64,000 nt of DNA from an uncultured Alphaproteobacteria bacterium (GCA_964654995.1 CAZZKF010000002.1:3113-67112), one strand, 5' to 3'; shown: positions 47,116 through 58,386, numbered from the stretch's first letter. Numbers and translations: made by a program. The notes: a model not told the origin generated them from the sequence alone.

Positions 47116-50100
47116 ATGCGTATCCAGCGAAAATTCACGAAGTCGGGGACTTCCCCATACGACGGCATTGAGTTCAAGACGATTTCCAGCGAGATCCGCA
47201 ACCCGGACGGCTCGGTGGTGTTCCAGCTCGATGGCATCGAGGTGCCGGCCGAATGGAGCCAGGTGGCCTGTGACATTCTGGCCCAGAAGTATTTCCGCAA
47301 GGCCGGCGTGCCGCGGCACCTCAAGCGGGTCGAAGAAGACGGCGTTCCCGACTGGTTGTGGCGCTGCATGCCCGACGACGATGCCCTGGCCGATGTGCCG
47401 GAAGATGAGCGCACCGGCAGCGAGATGAGTGCCCGCCAGGTCTTCGACCGGCTGGCCGGAACCTGGACCTATTGGGGCTGGAAAGGCGGCTATTTCGACC
47501 GTGAGACGGATGCTCGCGCCTTTTTCGATGAATTGCGGCACATGCTGGCGCGCCAGATGTGCGCCCCCAACTCGCCACAGTGGTTCAATACCGGCCTTTA
47601 TTGGGCCTATGGCATCGACGGACCGGCGCAAGGCCATTACTACGTCGATCACGCGACCGGCAAACTGGTGAAGTCGAAAAGTGCCTACGAGCACCCCCAG
47701 CCCCACGCCTGCTTCATCCAAAGTGTTAATGATGACTTGGTAAATGCCGGTGGCATAATGGATTTATGGGTGCGCGAGGCGCGCCTGTTCAAATATGGCT
47801 CGGGTACGGGCAGCAATTTCTCCAGCCTGCGCGGCGATGGCGAACCGCTCTCGGGCGGTGGCCGGTCGTCGGGGCTGATGAGCTTTCTCAAGATCGGCGA
47901 CCGTGCCGCCGGCGCCATCAAGTCGGGCGGCACCACGCGGCGCGCCGCCAAGATGGTGGTGGTGGATATCGATCACCCGGATATCGAGGACTACATCAAC
48001 TGGAAGGTCCGCGAGGAGCAGAAGGTGGCCTCGATGGTCGCCGGCTCGAAGATGTGCGAAAAGCAGCTCAACGCGGTGCTGCGCGCCTGCCATGCCGATG
48101 CGGACGGCCTTGACGACGACGCCCGTTTCGATCCCAGACAGAACGCCGCCCTCAAGCAGGCGATCCTGGCGGCCCGCAACTGCATGATCCCGGAGAACTA
48201 TATCCAGCGGGTGTTGCAGTTCGCCCGCCAGGGCTTTACCAGCATCACTTTCCGGACCTATGACACCGACTGGGATTCAGAGGCCTATCTCACCGTCTCC
48301 GGCCAGAATTCCAACAATTCGGTGCGGGTTACCGACGACTTCATGCGGGCGGTCGAAGAGGACGGTACCTGGGATCTCATCCGCCGCACCGACGGCCAGG
48401 TGGCGAAGACGCTGCCGGCCCGCGAGTTGTGGGATCAGATCTGCCATGCCGCCTGGTCGTCGGCCGATCCGGGCCTGCAGTATCACACCACGATCAACGA
48501 TTGGCACACCTGCCCGGCCTCGGGCCCGATCCGGGCCTCGAACCCGTGCTCGGAATACATGTTCCTGGATGATACGGCGTGCAATCTGGCGTCGCTCAAT
48601 CTGATGGCGTTTCGCGACGCCGCGGGCAACTTCGACGTGGATGCGTTCGAGCATGCGGTACGGCTGTGGACGATCGTGCTGGAAATCTCGGTGCTGATGG
48701 CCCAGTTCCCGTCGCGCCGCATTGCCGAGCTGTCCTATGAATACCGCACTTTGGGCCTGGGCTTCGCCAATATCGGCGGCCTGCTGATGGCCTCCGGCCT
48801 GCCTTATGACAGCGACGCCGGGCGCGCCATTGCCGGGGCGATTGCCGCGGTGATGACCGGCGTGGCCTATGAAACTTCGGCCGAAATGGCCGGCGAGTTG
48901 GGCCCCTTCCCCGGTTTCAAGAAAAACCGCGAGCATATGCTGCGGGTCATCCGGAACCATCGCCGCGCCGCCCATGGCGAGCGTGATGGTTATGAGCAGT
49001 TGCACACCACCCCTTGCGCGCTGGACATTGCGGCCTGTCCTGATCCCAGGCTTGCGAAAGCGGCCGGCGCCGCTTGGGACCGGGCCCTGGAAAAGGGCGA
49101 AAAGCACGGCTATCGCAATGCCCAGGCGACGGTGATCGCGCCCACCGGGACCATCGGCCTGGTGATGGATTGCGACACCACCGGCATCGAGCCCGACTTC
49201 GCCATGGTCAAGTTCAAGAAGCTGGCCGGCGGCGGCTATTTCAAGATCATCAACCGCACGGTGCCCGAGGCGCTGGCCAAGCTCGGCTATGACGAAGCCC
49301 AGATCGGCGACATCATCCGCTATGCGGTGGGCCGCGGCACCCTCAAGGACGCACCCGGCGTCAATCATCAGCGTCTGCGTGCCAAGGGCTTTGCCAAGGC
49401 CCAGCTCGACGCCCTTGAAGAGGCCCTGGCGGCTGCCTTCGACATCCGCTTTGCCTTCAACAAATGGACCTTGGGCGAAGATTTCTGCACCCAGGTTCTG
49501 GGGTTTGAGGCCGCCCGGCTCGATGATGTCTCATTCGACATGCTCTCGTCGCTGGGCTTCACGACGGAAGACATCGAAGCCGCCAACATATACTGCTGCG
49601 GGGCAATGACACTGGAAGGCGCGCCGCACATCCGCGATGAACACCTGCCGATCTTCGACTGCGCCAACCCTTGCGGACGGATCGGCAAGCGCAGCCTGTC
49701 GGTGGAAAGCCACATCCGCATGATGGCGGCCGTTCAGCCGTTCATTTCGGGGGCGATTTCCAAGACCATCAACATGCCGGCCAGCGCCACGGTCGCCGAT
49801 TGCGACCGCGCTTACCGGCTGTCCTGGCGCCTGGCCCTCAAGGCCAATGCGCTTTACCGCGATGGCTCGAAGCTGAGCCAGCCGCTGAATGCGGTGGCCC
49901 TGGTGGATGACGAGGCGGAAGAGGAGACGCAGGTCCGCGAGCCGCGCCTGGTGGCCGAGCGCGTGGTCGAGCGCATCATCGAGCACCGCCGCGCCAGCCG
50001 CGACCGCCTGCCGCAGCGGCGCAAGGGCTATACCCAGAAGGCCATCGTCGGCGGCCACAAGGTTTACCTGCGCACCGGCGAGTACGATGACGGCAGCCTG

Positions 50101-50778
50101 GGCGAGATTTTCATCGACATGCACAAGGAAGGGGCGGCGTTCCGCAGCCTGATGAACAATTTTGCCATCGCCATTTCGATCGGCCTGCAATACGGCGTGC
50201 CGCTCGACGAGTTCGTCGACGCCTTCACCTTCACCCGCTTCGAGCCGTCGGGCATGGTCGAGGGCAACGATGCCATCAAGATGGCGACCTCGATCCTCGA
50301 CTATGTGTTCCGCGAACTGGCCATCTCGTACCTGGGGCGCGACGACCTTGCCCATGCCGAGCCCGCGGACATGCGCTTCGACGCCCTGGGAAGCGGGCGG
50401 ACCGGCGGCGACCGGGCACCGGCGGCCAATGGCGAGGACTCGGTCATCAAGGCGGCCATGGAGCTGACCAGCACCGGCTATGTGCGGCGCAGCTTCTATG
50501 TCCTGCACAATACCGCCGGGGGCCAGGCTGGCGGGCATGGCTCTGAGGCCGTCGCCACTGCGGCCATGGTGCTGCACGAATCCGAGGCCGCCAACCTGCA
50601 GGGCAACATCAGCGCCGCCGCGGCGACGCCCAACAGCACGCCCGAAGCGCAGGTGCGTGCCGCCCGCATGAAAGGCTATGAGGGGGATCCCTGCGGCGAA
50701 TGTGGCAATTTCACGCTGTTGCGCAACGGCACCTGCCTCAAGTGTGATACCTGCGGCGGTACCAGCGGCTGTTCCTGA
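47116..50778 (+). CDS. nrdJ: class II (adenosylcobalamin-dependent) ribonucleotide reductase, long alphaproteobacterial form
   Basis: 1220 aa; [20 protein letters not shown]..., active-site region ACFIQSV...SGTGSNFS, C-terminal Cys cluster [22 protein letters not shown]. Confidence 0.9.
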   Translation: MRIQRKFTKSGTSPYDGIEFKTISSEIRNPDGSVVFQLDGIEVPAEWSQVACDILAQKYFRKAGVPRHLKRVEEDGVPDWLWRCMPDDDALADVPEDERTGSEMSARQVFDRLAGTWTYWGWKGGYFDRETDARAFFDELRHMLARQMCAPNSPQWFNTGLYWAYGIDGPAQGHYYVDHATGKLVKSKSAYEHPQPHACFIQSVNDDLVNAGGIMDLWVREARLFKYGSGTGSNFSSLRGDGEPLSGGGRSSGLMSFLKIGDRAAGAIKSGGTTRRAAKMVVVDIDHPDIEDYINWKVREEQKVASMVAGSKMCEKQLNAVLRACHADADGLDDDARFDPRQNAALKQAILAARNCMIPENYIQRVLQFARQGFTSITFRTYDTDWDSEAYLTVSGQNSNNSVRVTDDFMRAVEEDGTWDLIRRTDGQVAKTLPARELWDQICHAAWSSADPGLQYHTTINDWHTCPASGPIRASNPCSEYMFLDDTACNLASLNLMAFRDAAGNFDVDAFEHAVRLWTIVLEISVLMAQFPSRRIAELSYEYRTLGLGFANIGGLLMASGLPYDSDAGRAIAGAIAAVMTGVAYETSAEMAGELGPFPGFKKNREHMLRVIRNHRRAAHGERDGYEQLHTTPCALDIAACPDPRLAKAAGAAWDRALEKGEKHGYRNAQATVIAPTGTIGLVMDCDTTGIEPDFAMVKFKKLAGGGYFKIINRTVPEALAKLGYDEAQIGDIIRYAVGRGTLKDAPGVNHQRLRAKGFAKAQLDALEEALAAAFDIRFAFNKWTLGEDFCTQVLGFEAARLDDVSFDMLSSLGFTTEDIEAANIYCCGAMTLEGAPHIRDEHLPIFDCANPCGRIGKRSLSVESHIRMMAAVQPFISGAISKTINMPASATVADCDRAYRLSWRLALKANALYRDGSKLSQPLNAVALVDDEAEEETQVREPRLVAERVVERIIEHRRASRDRLPQRRKGYTQKAIVGGHKVYLRTGEYDDGSLGEIFIDMHKEGAAFRSLMNNFAIAISIGLQYGVPLDEFVDAFTFTRFEPSGMVEGNDAIKMATSILDYVFRELAISYLGRDDLAHAEPADMRFDALGSGRTGGDRAPAANGEDSVIKAAMELTSTGYVRRSFYVLHNTAGGQAGGHGSEAVATAAMVLHESEAANLQGNISAAAATPNSTPEAQVRAARMKGYEGDPCGECGNFTLLRNGTCLKCDTCGGTSGCS

Positions 50779-50806
50779 AGCCCATCCGGCGGGTAGTCTG
50801 CACGGT

Positions 50807-50845
50807 GGCCCCGGCTCGATTTTCGGGTCGGGGCCGTGGTGTTTC
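50807..50845 (+). terminator. candidate nrdJ terminator hairpin ggccccgg-N15-cggggcc followed by weak U-tract
   Basis: Seen in sequence ~30 nt after nrdJ stop. Confidence 0.25.
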
Positions 50846-50948
50846 CAGCCAGACCATGCGCGGTACCAAGAGCCGGCAATTTACTAAAAATTTACAGACC
50901 TAAACCTAAGGTTTCCCGTGGGCCGGCGATGGGGACGCCTGTTCGTTC

Positions 50949-52754
50949 TTGAAACAACGCCACCGGGTGCAGAAGCGGGTTCAGAGTGTGCAACCAGAAA
51001 AACTAGTTGGCAACCGGCCGCCGTCAGCGGTGTCGGCTCCGCCTGCACTCGCCGCGTCCGATGCCGAAACCATCGTTGCTCATCTGCCGATCGGCCTTCT
51101 GCTGATCGACGTGTTCGCCGACGACCGGTTTCAGATCGCCCGGGCCAATGCCTCGGTACAGGCGATTCTCGATGCCGCCGGTCTGACCGACGGAACCGTC
51201 TGGTTCGATGGATGGACAGCGCCGCCGGCGCTCTTGCCCTTGATCGACAACCTGCGCCGCTGCGTCGCCGAGGCTCGCTCCGTCACCTTCCAGTGGCATC
51301 AGAGCGCCACCGCCTCAACCCCGACCTATCTCGAATGCCACATGGTTCCGGTTCAAGCCGCCAGCGGCCGCGTGGTCCGCGTCGTCGCGACCATCAGCGA
51401 TCGCACACCGCAGCATCGCATCGAGCGCCAGATGCTGCACGAAGCCCTGCACGACAGCCTCACCAGCCTGCCCAACCGCACCCTGTTCATGGATTTGATG
51501 GAGCAGTTGAGCCAGGCGGCGCGGGAGGATCCGGATCACCGCTTCGGCCTCATTTTGCTCAATGTCGATCGCCTCAATGTCGTCAATGAGAGCCTCGGCC
51601 ACCTCGCCGGCGATGAATTGCTGGTTGCGGTCGCCCGCCGGCTGTCCAAATGCGTCCGCGAAAACGATGTGCTGGCGCGCCTCGGCGGTGACGAATTCGC
51701 GCTATTGATGCATCGCATCGCCGATGAAGGCGAAGCCCGGGCCATCGCCGACCAGTTGCACGCCAGCATGCGCATCCCCTTCAACCTGGGCGGCACCGAG
51801 GTCTATGTGTCGATCAGTATCGGCATCGCCACCGGGCGCGGCGGCGACAGCGACATCGAAACGCTCGTCAGTCACGCCAATATGGCCATGACCCAGGCCA
51901 AGGCCCTGGGCAAGGGCCGCACCGAGATCTACAGCTCGAGCTTTCAGCAGCGCCCACCGGCGCTGTTGCAGTTGGAAACCGATTTCCGGCGCGGCCTCGC
52001 CCGCGGTGAATTCAAGCTGCATTACCAGCCCATCGTCCGGCTTGAGGACGGCACCATCGCCGGTTTCGAGGCCCTGGCCCGCTGGAACCATCCGGATCAC
52101 GGGGCGGTGTCTCCGGGGCGCTTCATCCCGATTGCCGAAAACACCGGCCTGATCGTCGATTTCGGCAAATGGGCGATTGACGAGGCCTGCCGTCAGTATG
52201 CCGCCTGGGCCCGGCAGGCGGCGAACGGCACGCCGCCGACGCTGAGCGTGAATATCTCCAGCCTGCAGTTCCGCGAGAAGGATCTGGTCGCCGACATCCG
52301 CGATATCCTCGCCCGCCATGACGTCGCCGGCAGCGGCCTGAAGCTGGAGATCACCGAAAGCACGATCATGGAGAACGCCGACCTCGCCGCCGCCGTCCTG
52401 CATCACCTCAAGAGCCTGGATCTGTCGGTGGCAATCGACGATTTCGGCACCGGATATTCGTCGCTCGCCTATCTCAACCGCTTCCCCATCGACGTGCTGA
52501 AGATTGACCGCTCGTTCATTGCCGGAATCGACGACAGCGAGGACAGCCGCAAGATTGTCGAAATCATTACCATGCTGGCCAAGGCGCTGGATTTATCCAT
52601 CGTCGCCGAAGGCGTCGAGACCCGTAGTCAGCTTCGGCTGTTGCGCCACCTCGGATGCGACCTCGCACAGGGTTACCTGTTTGCCCGTCCGCTGCCTGCA
52701 CCCGAGGCCACGCGGCTGCTGGCTGAATCCCGGCCTTTCCAGATCGACGCCTGA
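50949..52754 (+). CDS. PAS-GGDEF-EAL protein (diguanylate cyclase/phosphodiesterase)
   Basis: 601 aa; GGDEF motif (RLGGDEFALL), EAL motif (FEALARW), downstream EGVE/ QGYLFARP signatures. Confidence 0.85.
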   Translation: MKQRHRVQKRVQSVQPEKLVGNRPPSAVSAPPALAASDAETIVAHLPIGLLLIDVFADDRFQIARANASVQAILDAAGLTDGTVWFDGWTAPPALLPLIDNLRRCVAEARSVTFQWHQSATASTPTYLECHMVPVQAASGRVVRVVATISDRTPQHRIERQMLHEALHDSLTSLPNRTLFMDLMEQLSQAAREDPDHRFGLILLNVDRLNVVNESLGHLAGDELLVAVARRLSKCVRENDVLARLGGDEFALLMHRIADEGEARAIADQLHASMRIPFNLGGTEVYVSISIGIATGRGGDSDIETLVSHANMAMTQAKALGKGRTEIYSSSFQQRPPALLQLETDFRRGLARGEFKLHYQPIVRLEDGTIAGFEALARWNHPDHGAVSPGRFIPIAENTGLIVDFGKWAIDEACRQYAAWARQAANGTPPTLSVNISSLQFREKDLVADIRDILARHDVAGSGLKLEITESTIMENADLAAAVLHHLKSLDLSVAIDDFGTGYSSLAYLNRFPIDVLKIDRSFIAGIDDSEDSRKIVEIITMLAKALDLSIVAEGVETRSQLRLLRHLGCDLAQGYLFARPLPAPEATRLLAESRPFQIDA

Positions 52755-52842
52755 CTCGCCCGTTGCAACAACCACAGGAAAACCGGCTATATCATTGCCG
52801 GCGTTAACGAATCCTTGGGGCGATGCTGGGTAACATCGGGTC

Positions 52843-53271
52843 ATGACGGATGTGCAGACGACAACGAGTGAGACCCTGGCGAGCTCGCGAATCGCGCGCT
52901 TTGGGCTGGCTGCCTTCGGTCTGATCAATGTCTGCCTGGGCGTGATCGGGGCGGTGGTTCCGGTGATGCCGTCGACGATCTTTTTTCTGATCGCGCTGTG
53001 GGCCTTCTCCAAAAGCTCGAAACGCCTGCATGACTGGCTGTTCTATCATCGGCTGTTCGGAAGACTCTTGCGCGACTGGCACCAGCATCGGGTGATTCCG
53101 CTCAAGATCAAGATCTTCGCCGTCACCGTGATGGCCCTCGTGCTGGCCTATATCACGGTTGCGATTGCCGATGGCCCGGCCCTGCCGGTGGCCTTGGCCA
53201 TCGTCCTGAGTGGCGTGACCGGCTACATCCTGTCACGCCCCAGTGCCGTCGAGCGGTCGGACACCGCCTGA
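52843..53271 (+). CDS. DUF454/YbaN-family small inner-membrane protein
   Basis: 142 aa, four predicted TM segments, conserved W/R pattern (LWAFSKSSKRLHDWL). Confidence 0.55.
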   Translation: MTDVQTTTSETLASSRIARFGLAAFGLINVCLGVIGAVVPVMPSTIFFLIALWAFSKSSKRLHDWLFYHRLFGRLLRDWHQHRVIPLKIKIFAVTVMALVLAYITVAIADGPALPVALAIVLSGVTGYILSRPSAVERSDTA

Positions 53272-53395
53272 CCCTCCCGGTGCTTCCTTCTGGCCGTTTC
53301 CCGCTTGGCCCGACAGATATGGCTTGATTAAGGCGAGCGCGGCCTTACATAGAAGGCAGCCAATCCGGCCGCGTCAGAGCGACGGGAGAAACGCC

Positions 53396-53758
53396 ATGAG
53401 CACCCAGACAGAGACCAACGAAACAGGCACCACGCAGACGCGCGGCACGGCCGAGCGCTCCAGCCCGTGGTTGCGCCTGTTGCCACTCATTTTCTTCGGC
53501 ATCATCGCCGATGTCGTGCTGCTGCTGTATTACGTCATGACCGCGGTCCAGTTCGTGGTCGTGATCGTCACCGGCGCGCCCAACGACCAGATGCGCGCGT
53601 TCGGCGAGCGTCTGTCGGCCTATTTGCGCGAGATTCTCGACTATCTGATCTATCGCACCGATCAGATGCCGTTTCCCTTCGCCGCCTTTCCCGGAACCGA
53701 ATCCGGGACGAGCGCCAAGCCCGATACCGGCAAGGAGAAACCGGCCGCCGACGCATAA
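53396..53758 (+). CDS. small membrane protein (DUF4389-like)
   Basis: Start MSTQTETNE at ~53396 inside ORF 53243..53758; single hydrophobic hairpin LRLLPLIFFGIIADVVLLLYYVMTAVQFVVVIVTG; family assignment tentative. Confidence 0.4.
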   Translation: MSTQTETNETGTTQTRGTAERSSPWLRLLPLIFFGIIADVVLLLYYVMTAVQFVVVIVTGAPNDQMRAFGERLSAYLREILDYLIYRTDQMPFPFAAFPGTESGTSAKPDTGKEKPAADA

Positions 53759-53898
53759 GGCGGGCCAAATATTCGATTCTGCCTGCTGCCGGCGCCGCAT
53801 CGCGGCGCCGGACTTGATTCCGCCCCGCGCTTGCCGACACAATACCGTCGTCGGCGCTGCGGCATCGGGGGTCGCGGGCAAATCGGGGGAGGACCGCC

Positions 53899-56034
53899 AT
53901 GAAGGTACGGGGATGGCTGCTGGCAGCCCTTGCTTTGATCGCTGTCGGCATCGCTTCGGTGACCTGGACGACACGCGAGAAACCCCTTAATAAAAATATT
54001 AATAAATCCGTACAAGCCGTTGATACAAAACGCATAGCATCGCCTGATGCGGAGCCGGAAAACTGGCTTGCCTACGGCCGCGGCTACAATGAACAACGGC
54101 ACAGCCCGCTGGTTCAGATCAACGAGGAAACGGTCGGCCGGCTCGGGCTCGCCTGGTCCTATGCCCTTCCCACCCGGCGCGGGCTCGAGGCGACGCCGCT
54201 GATCGTCGATGGCGTGCTTTACACCACCGGATCGTGGAGCATGGTCTACGCGCTCGACGCCGCGACCGGCAAACTGCTGTGGTCCTGGGATCCCGAGGTG
54301 CCGCGCAAATGGGGCCGTTTTGCCTGCTGCGACGTGGTCAACCGCGGCCCCGCCGTGTGGAAGGGCAAGGTCTATGTCGGCACGCTGGATGGCCGCCTGG
54401 TGGCCCTCGATGCGGCCACCGGCAAGCCGGTGTGGAGCGTTCAGACGACACCAAAGAATATGCCCTACACAATTACCGGCGCGCCCCGCGTGTTCGATGG
54501 CAAGGTGGTGATCGGCAACGGCGGCGCCGAATATGGCGTGCGCGGGTTTGTCACCGCCTATGACACCGAGACCGGCAAGCAGCTCTGGCGTTTCTATACG
54601 GTGCCTGGCGATCCCTCGAAACCATTTGAATCACCGGCCATGGAGCTGGCAGCGAAAACCTGGTCCGGAACCGATTGGTGGCAGTACGGCGGCGGCGGCA
54701 CGGCCTGGGATTCGATGGTCTACGACCCGGAATTTCACATTCTCTACGTCGGGGTCGGCAACGGCAGCCCCTGGGATCGCGATCTGCGCAGCCCCGAAGG
54801 CGGTGACAATCTGTTCCTCGCCTCGATCGTCGCGCTGGATGCCGAAACCGGGCACATGATCTGGTACTACCAGACGACCCCGGGCGAGAGCTGGGATTAC
54901 ACGGCGACGCAGCCGATGATGCTGGCCGAGCTGAAGATCGACGGCAAGGCCCGCAAGGTCCTGATGCAGGCGCCCAAGAACGGATTTTTCTATGTACTCG
55001 ATCGGCTGACCGGCGAATTGCTGTCGGCCAAGCCTTATGTAACCATCACCTGGGCGAGCCACGTCGACATGGCGACCGGCCGGCCGGTCGAGGTGGCGGC
55101 GGCCCGCTACAAGGACAAGCCGGCCCTGGTGCTGCCCGGCCCGGCCGGCGGCCACAACTGGCAGCCGATGGCGTTCAATCCCAAGACCGGCCTGGTTTAC
55201 ATTCCGGCGATGGACATGCCCTATGTCTATGGCAAAGAACAGGATTTTCGCTTTCGCCCACAGGCCATCAACCTTGGCATCGACGCGATGCTGAACGTCC
55301 CGCCGGAAACCGACGCGGCGGACGACTCCGGCCCGCCGCTTGCCGGCCGGCTGCTCGCCTGGGACCCGATCGCCGGGCGGGCCGTCTGGTCGGTGGAACT
55401 GCCCGGGTTCTGGAACGGCGGCGTGCTGAGCACCGCGGGCAATCTGGTGTTTCAGGGCACCGCGAACGGCGAACTGGTCGCCTATCGCGCCACCACCGGC
55501 GAGATATTGTGGCGGGGCGAAACCGGCACCGGGGTCATCGCGCCGCCGGTGACTTATGCCGTGGACGGTGTCCAGTACATTGCCCTGATGGCCGGCTGGG
55601 GCGGCGCCGCGCCGCTCGAGGGCGGCCCCTTTGCCTGGGGCTCGGGCCGCAAGGCCGTCAACGTCAGCCGCATCCTCGCCTTCAAGCTGGATGGTGCCGC
55701 CAAACTGCCGCCGCCGCCACCGGCGCCGCCCTTGCCGGAGCCGCCGGCCCTGAACGCGCCGAAGGCGGTGATCGCCAGGGGCCGCCGGCTCTATCACGAG
55801 GTCTGCGGGGTCTGCCATGGCGGCGGCGTCATGGCGGGCGGAGTGATATCCGACCTGCGCTACATGGACGAGGCGACGCATGAAGCGTTCAACGACATCG
55901 TTCTCGGCGGGCTTTATGAAGAGAAAGGCATGGCGTCCTTCGCCGACCTGCTCAGTGAAGAGGATGCGGCCGCCATCCATGCCTATATCATCAAGCGCGC
56001 CAACGACGCCAGGGTCCTGGAGGACCGACCATAG
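53899..56034 (+). CDS. PQQ-dependent alcohol dehydrogenase, type II quinohemoprotein (C-terminal cytochrome c domain)
   Basis: 711 aa; signal peptide; vicinal-disulfide CC (GRFACCDVVNRG), propeller W-motifs, C-terminal heme site CGVCHG. Confidence 0.85.
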   Translation: MKVRGWLLAALALIAVGIASVTWTTREKPLNKNINKSVQAVDTKRIASPDAEPENWLAYGRGYNEQRHSPLVQINEETVGRLGLAWSYALPTRRGLEATPLIVDGVLYTTGSWSMVYALDAATGKLLWSWDPEVPRKWGRFACCDVVNRGPAVWKGKVYVGTLDGRLVALDAATGKPVWSVQTTPKNMPYTITGAPRVFDGKVVIGNGGAEYGVRGFVTAYDTETGKQLWRFYTVPGDPSKPFESPAMELAAKTWSGTDWWQYGGGGTAWDSMVYDPEFHILYVGVGNGSPWDRDLRSPEGGDNLFLASIVALDAETGHMIWYYQTTPGESWDYTATQPMMLAELKIDGKARKVLMQAPKNGFFYVLDRLTGELLSAKPYVTITWASHVDMATGRPVEVAAARYKDKPALVLPGPAGGHNWQPMAFNPKTGLVYIPAMDMPYVYGKEQDFRFRPQAINLGIDAMLNVPPETDAADDSGPPLAGRLLAWDPIAGRAVWSVELPGFWNGGVLSTAGNLVFQGTANGELVAYRATTGEILWRGETGTGVIAPPVTYAVDGVQYIALMAGWGGAAPLEGGPFAWGSGRKAVNVSRILAFKLDGAAKLPPPPPAPPLPEPPALNAPKAVIARGRRLYHEVCGVCHGGGVMAGGVISDLRYMDEATHEAFNDIVLGGLYEEKGMASFADLLSEEDAAAIHAYIIKRANDARVLEDRP

Positions 56035-56044
56035 GGTTTGACGA

Positions 56045-57196
56045 TCACGTCACGCCGAGTTCGCGATAAAGTGCCTCCACACGGGCGGCATTGCCGTCCC
56101 AGGTGAAATCGCGCTCGACAATCGTGGCCCCGGCCCGGTGCCCCAGATGGCGGCGCAGATCGGCATCGGCGCAGACCCGCTCAAGCGCCCGTTCCAGGGC
56201 CCCTTCGGCATCCGCATCGAACAGCACGGCATTGTCGCCATCAACCAGGATCTCGCGGATATTCGGCCGGTCCGGGGCAACGATCGCCTTTTCCATCGCC
56301 ATATACTCGAACATCTTGAGGGGCGAGGCGTAGGCAACCACATCCGGCTGCAAGGCGACATCGAAGGCGGCGACATGATCGGCCACATGCTCGCGCGCCA
56401 CCACGCCGGTCACGGTGACCGCTTCAGGAATGCCCAGCTCATGGGCCAGTGCTTCCAGGGGTGCGCGTGCCGGGCCATCGCCGACCATCAGCAGGTGCAG
56501 CTCCGGGCGCCCGGCCCGGGCGATAAAGCGCACCACCCGATCGAGCCCGTGCCAGGGCCGCATGAAGCCGGTAAAGCCCAGCACCAGCTTGCCGGACAGG
56601 CCAAGCCGCGCCTTGGCGGCCTCAACGTCGATCGTACCGGCAAAGCGGCTGCTATCGATGCCGTTGTGGATCACCCGGATGCGCGCGTCCGGCACCCCGG
56701 CGGCGCGCACATGTTCGGCCAGAACTTCGGTCACCGGCAGAGCATAATCGGCGCCGCGCCAGGCATAGCGCTCGCTCCAGCGCGCCAGGCGTTTGAGCGC
56801 CAGGCCGGAAAAGCGGGCCCGTTCATCGGCCAGCGGCGCGTTGATCTCGACCAGCATTGGCAGGCCAAAGCGTTTCTTGAGCCAGACGCCGGAGGGCAGA
56901 AACAGATTGTAGCGCTCATAGAGACAGTCGGGGGCATGGCGGCGCACGGCGCGCCGCAGGCGCCAGTAGGCGGGCACCGCATAGGCCAGCTCGGCCAATT
57001 CGTAGAGAAATCGCGGCAAAATCTTCCTGAGGCGCGCGACAAAGCCGGCCTCGGCGCCGAAAGCATCTGACTCCACCGCTTTGGGCCCGACGATCACCAC
57101 CTCGTGCCCGCGCCGGGCGAGCGCGTTCGTCAACTCTTCGATATGCACGAACTGCCCGTCCTTGGAACCGATGCGATGGTGATAGAGAATTTTCAC
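56045..57196 (-). CDS. GT4-family glycosyltransferase
   Basis: GTG start (VKILYHHRIG...) 4-nt overlap with upstream stop; EX7E-like C-terminal motif (KMFEYMAMEKAIVA). Confidence 0.7.
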   Translation of the reverse strand: MKILYHHRIGSKDGQFVHIEELTNALARRGHEVVIVGPKAVESDAFGAEAGFVARLRKILPRFLYELAELAYAVPAYWRLRRAVRRHAPDCLYERYNLFLPSGVWLKKRFGLPMLVEINAPLADERARFSGLALKRLARWSERYAWRGADYALPVTEVLAEHVRAAGVPDARIRVIHNGIDSSRFAGTIDVEAAKARLGLSGKLVLGFTGFMRPWHGLDRVVRFIARAGRPELHLLMVGDGPARAPLEALAHELGIPEAVTVTGVVAREHVADHVAAFDVALQPDVVAYASPLKMFEYMAMEKAIVAPDRPNIREILVDGDNAVLFDADAEGALERALERVCADADLRRHLGHRAGATIVERDFTWDGNAARVEALYRELGVT

Positions 57197-58386
57197 GATG
57201 CCCCCCGCTCCGCCACCACCTTCGAGAACAGATCGATCTGGCCGCGGGTGGTGGCCTCCCAGCTGAACCCTTCGGCGTAAGCCCGGGTGGCCGCGCGCTC
57301 GGGCGGCGCCGCCAGCAGCCGGCGCACGGCATCGGCCAGGGCTTCGGGCGTGCGTTCCTCCATCAACAGCCCGGCCTCGGGTGCCGCCACCACCTCCGGC
57401 GTGCCCCAGACGTTGGACGCCACCACCGGCGTGCCGCAGGCCATCGCTTCCAGGAGCACGTTGGCCCAGCCCTCGCGGCTCGAGGCCAGAACCAGAACGT
57501 CCGCCGCCCCGTAAACCTCGCACAACTGCTCATGGCCGATACGGCCGAGGAATCGGACCCGGTCCCCGACCCCCAATGTCTGTGCCAGACGGCGCAGATT
57601 GGCGTCTTCGGGGCCGTCGCCGGCGATCAGCAGGTCACAGCCAGGGAGCATCGGCAGGGCCTTGATCACCAGATCGTGGGCCTTGCGTTCGATCAGGTGA
57701 CCGACCGAAAGCAGCGTCGGGCGATCGAGGCCGAGGCGCGCGCGTGCAGCCGCACGGTCGCCGGGACGGAACATCTCCAGATCCACCCCGTTGCGCAGCA
57801 CCGTCACCCGCTCTTCCTCGACACCAAGCTCGACCAATGTGTTCTTCAAGGCCTGGCACACCGTGATCAGCCCGGCGGCTTCACGCGCTGCCCACTGGAT
57901 CAGGCGGCGCGGCACGGCATAGCGCGGGATCAGGTTGAGGTCGGTGCCGCGCGCGGTGATCACCACCGGCTTGTCGAACGCGCGGCCCAGCATCACGGCC
58001 GCCACCCCGTCGGGGTAGAAATAATGGGCATCGATAACATCGAAGTCCTCTTCTGCCGCCATCCGGGCGACGACGGGCCGCATCGCCCGATACATGAACA
58101 CCGGCGCCGTCGTCATGCCGATTTTCGGCAGGCGCAGGAAGCGCGGGTGCAGCACCGGGATGCCGTGGCGGGTGTCGGTCAGCGGCACGCCAGTCCATTG
58201 GGCGTATTCCGCGAAAGCCGCCCCGATCAAGGGACACCAGGGCACCGGCGCCACCACCCGGGTGCGCGCCGCGCCGCCGGCGACCAGATGGCGCAGGCGA
58301 TTCTCGACGAACACGCCGTGATGCGGCATGACCGGATTGGGGTAGAGCGTCGTGAATGTGAGCAGTCGCAGCATCGGTTGCATCAC
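57193..58386 (-). CDS. GT4-family glycosyltransferase
   Basis: 397 aa; GT-B fold, LLEAMACGTPVVAS motif. Confidence 0.75.
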   Translation of the reverse strand: MMQPMLRLLTFTTLYPNPVMPHHGVFVENRLRHLVAGGAARTRVVAPVPWCPLIGAAFAEYAQWTGVPLTDTRHGIPVLHPRFLRLPKIGMTTAPVFMYRAMRPVVARMAAEEDFDVIDAHYFYPDGVAAVMLGRAFDKPVVITARGTDLNLIPRYAVPRRLIQWAAREAAGLITVCQALKNTLVELGVEEERVTVLRNGVDLEMFRPGDRAAARARLGLDRPTLLSVGHLIERKAHDLVIKALPMLPGCDLLIAGDGPEDANLRRLAQTLGVGDRVRFLGRIGHEQLCEVYGAADVLVLASSREGWANVLLEAMACGTPVVASNVWGTPEVVAAPEAGLLMEERTPEALADAVRRLLAAPPERAATRAYAEGFSWEATTRGQIDLFSKVVAERGAS

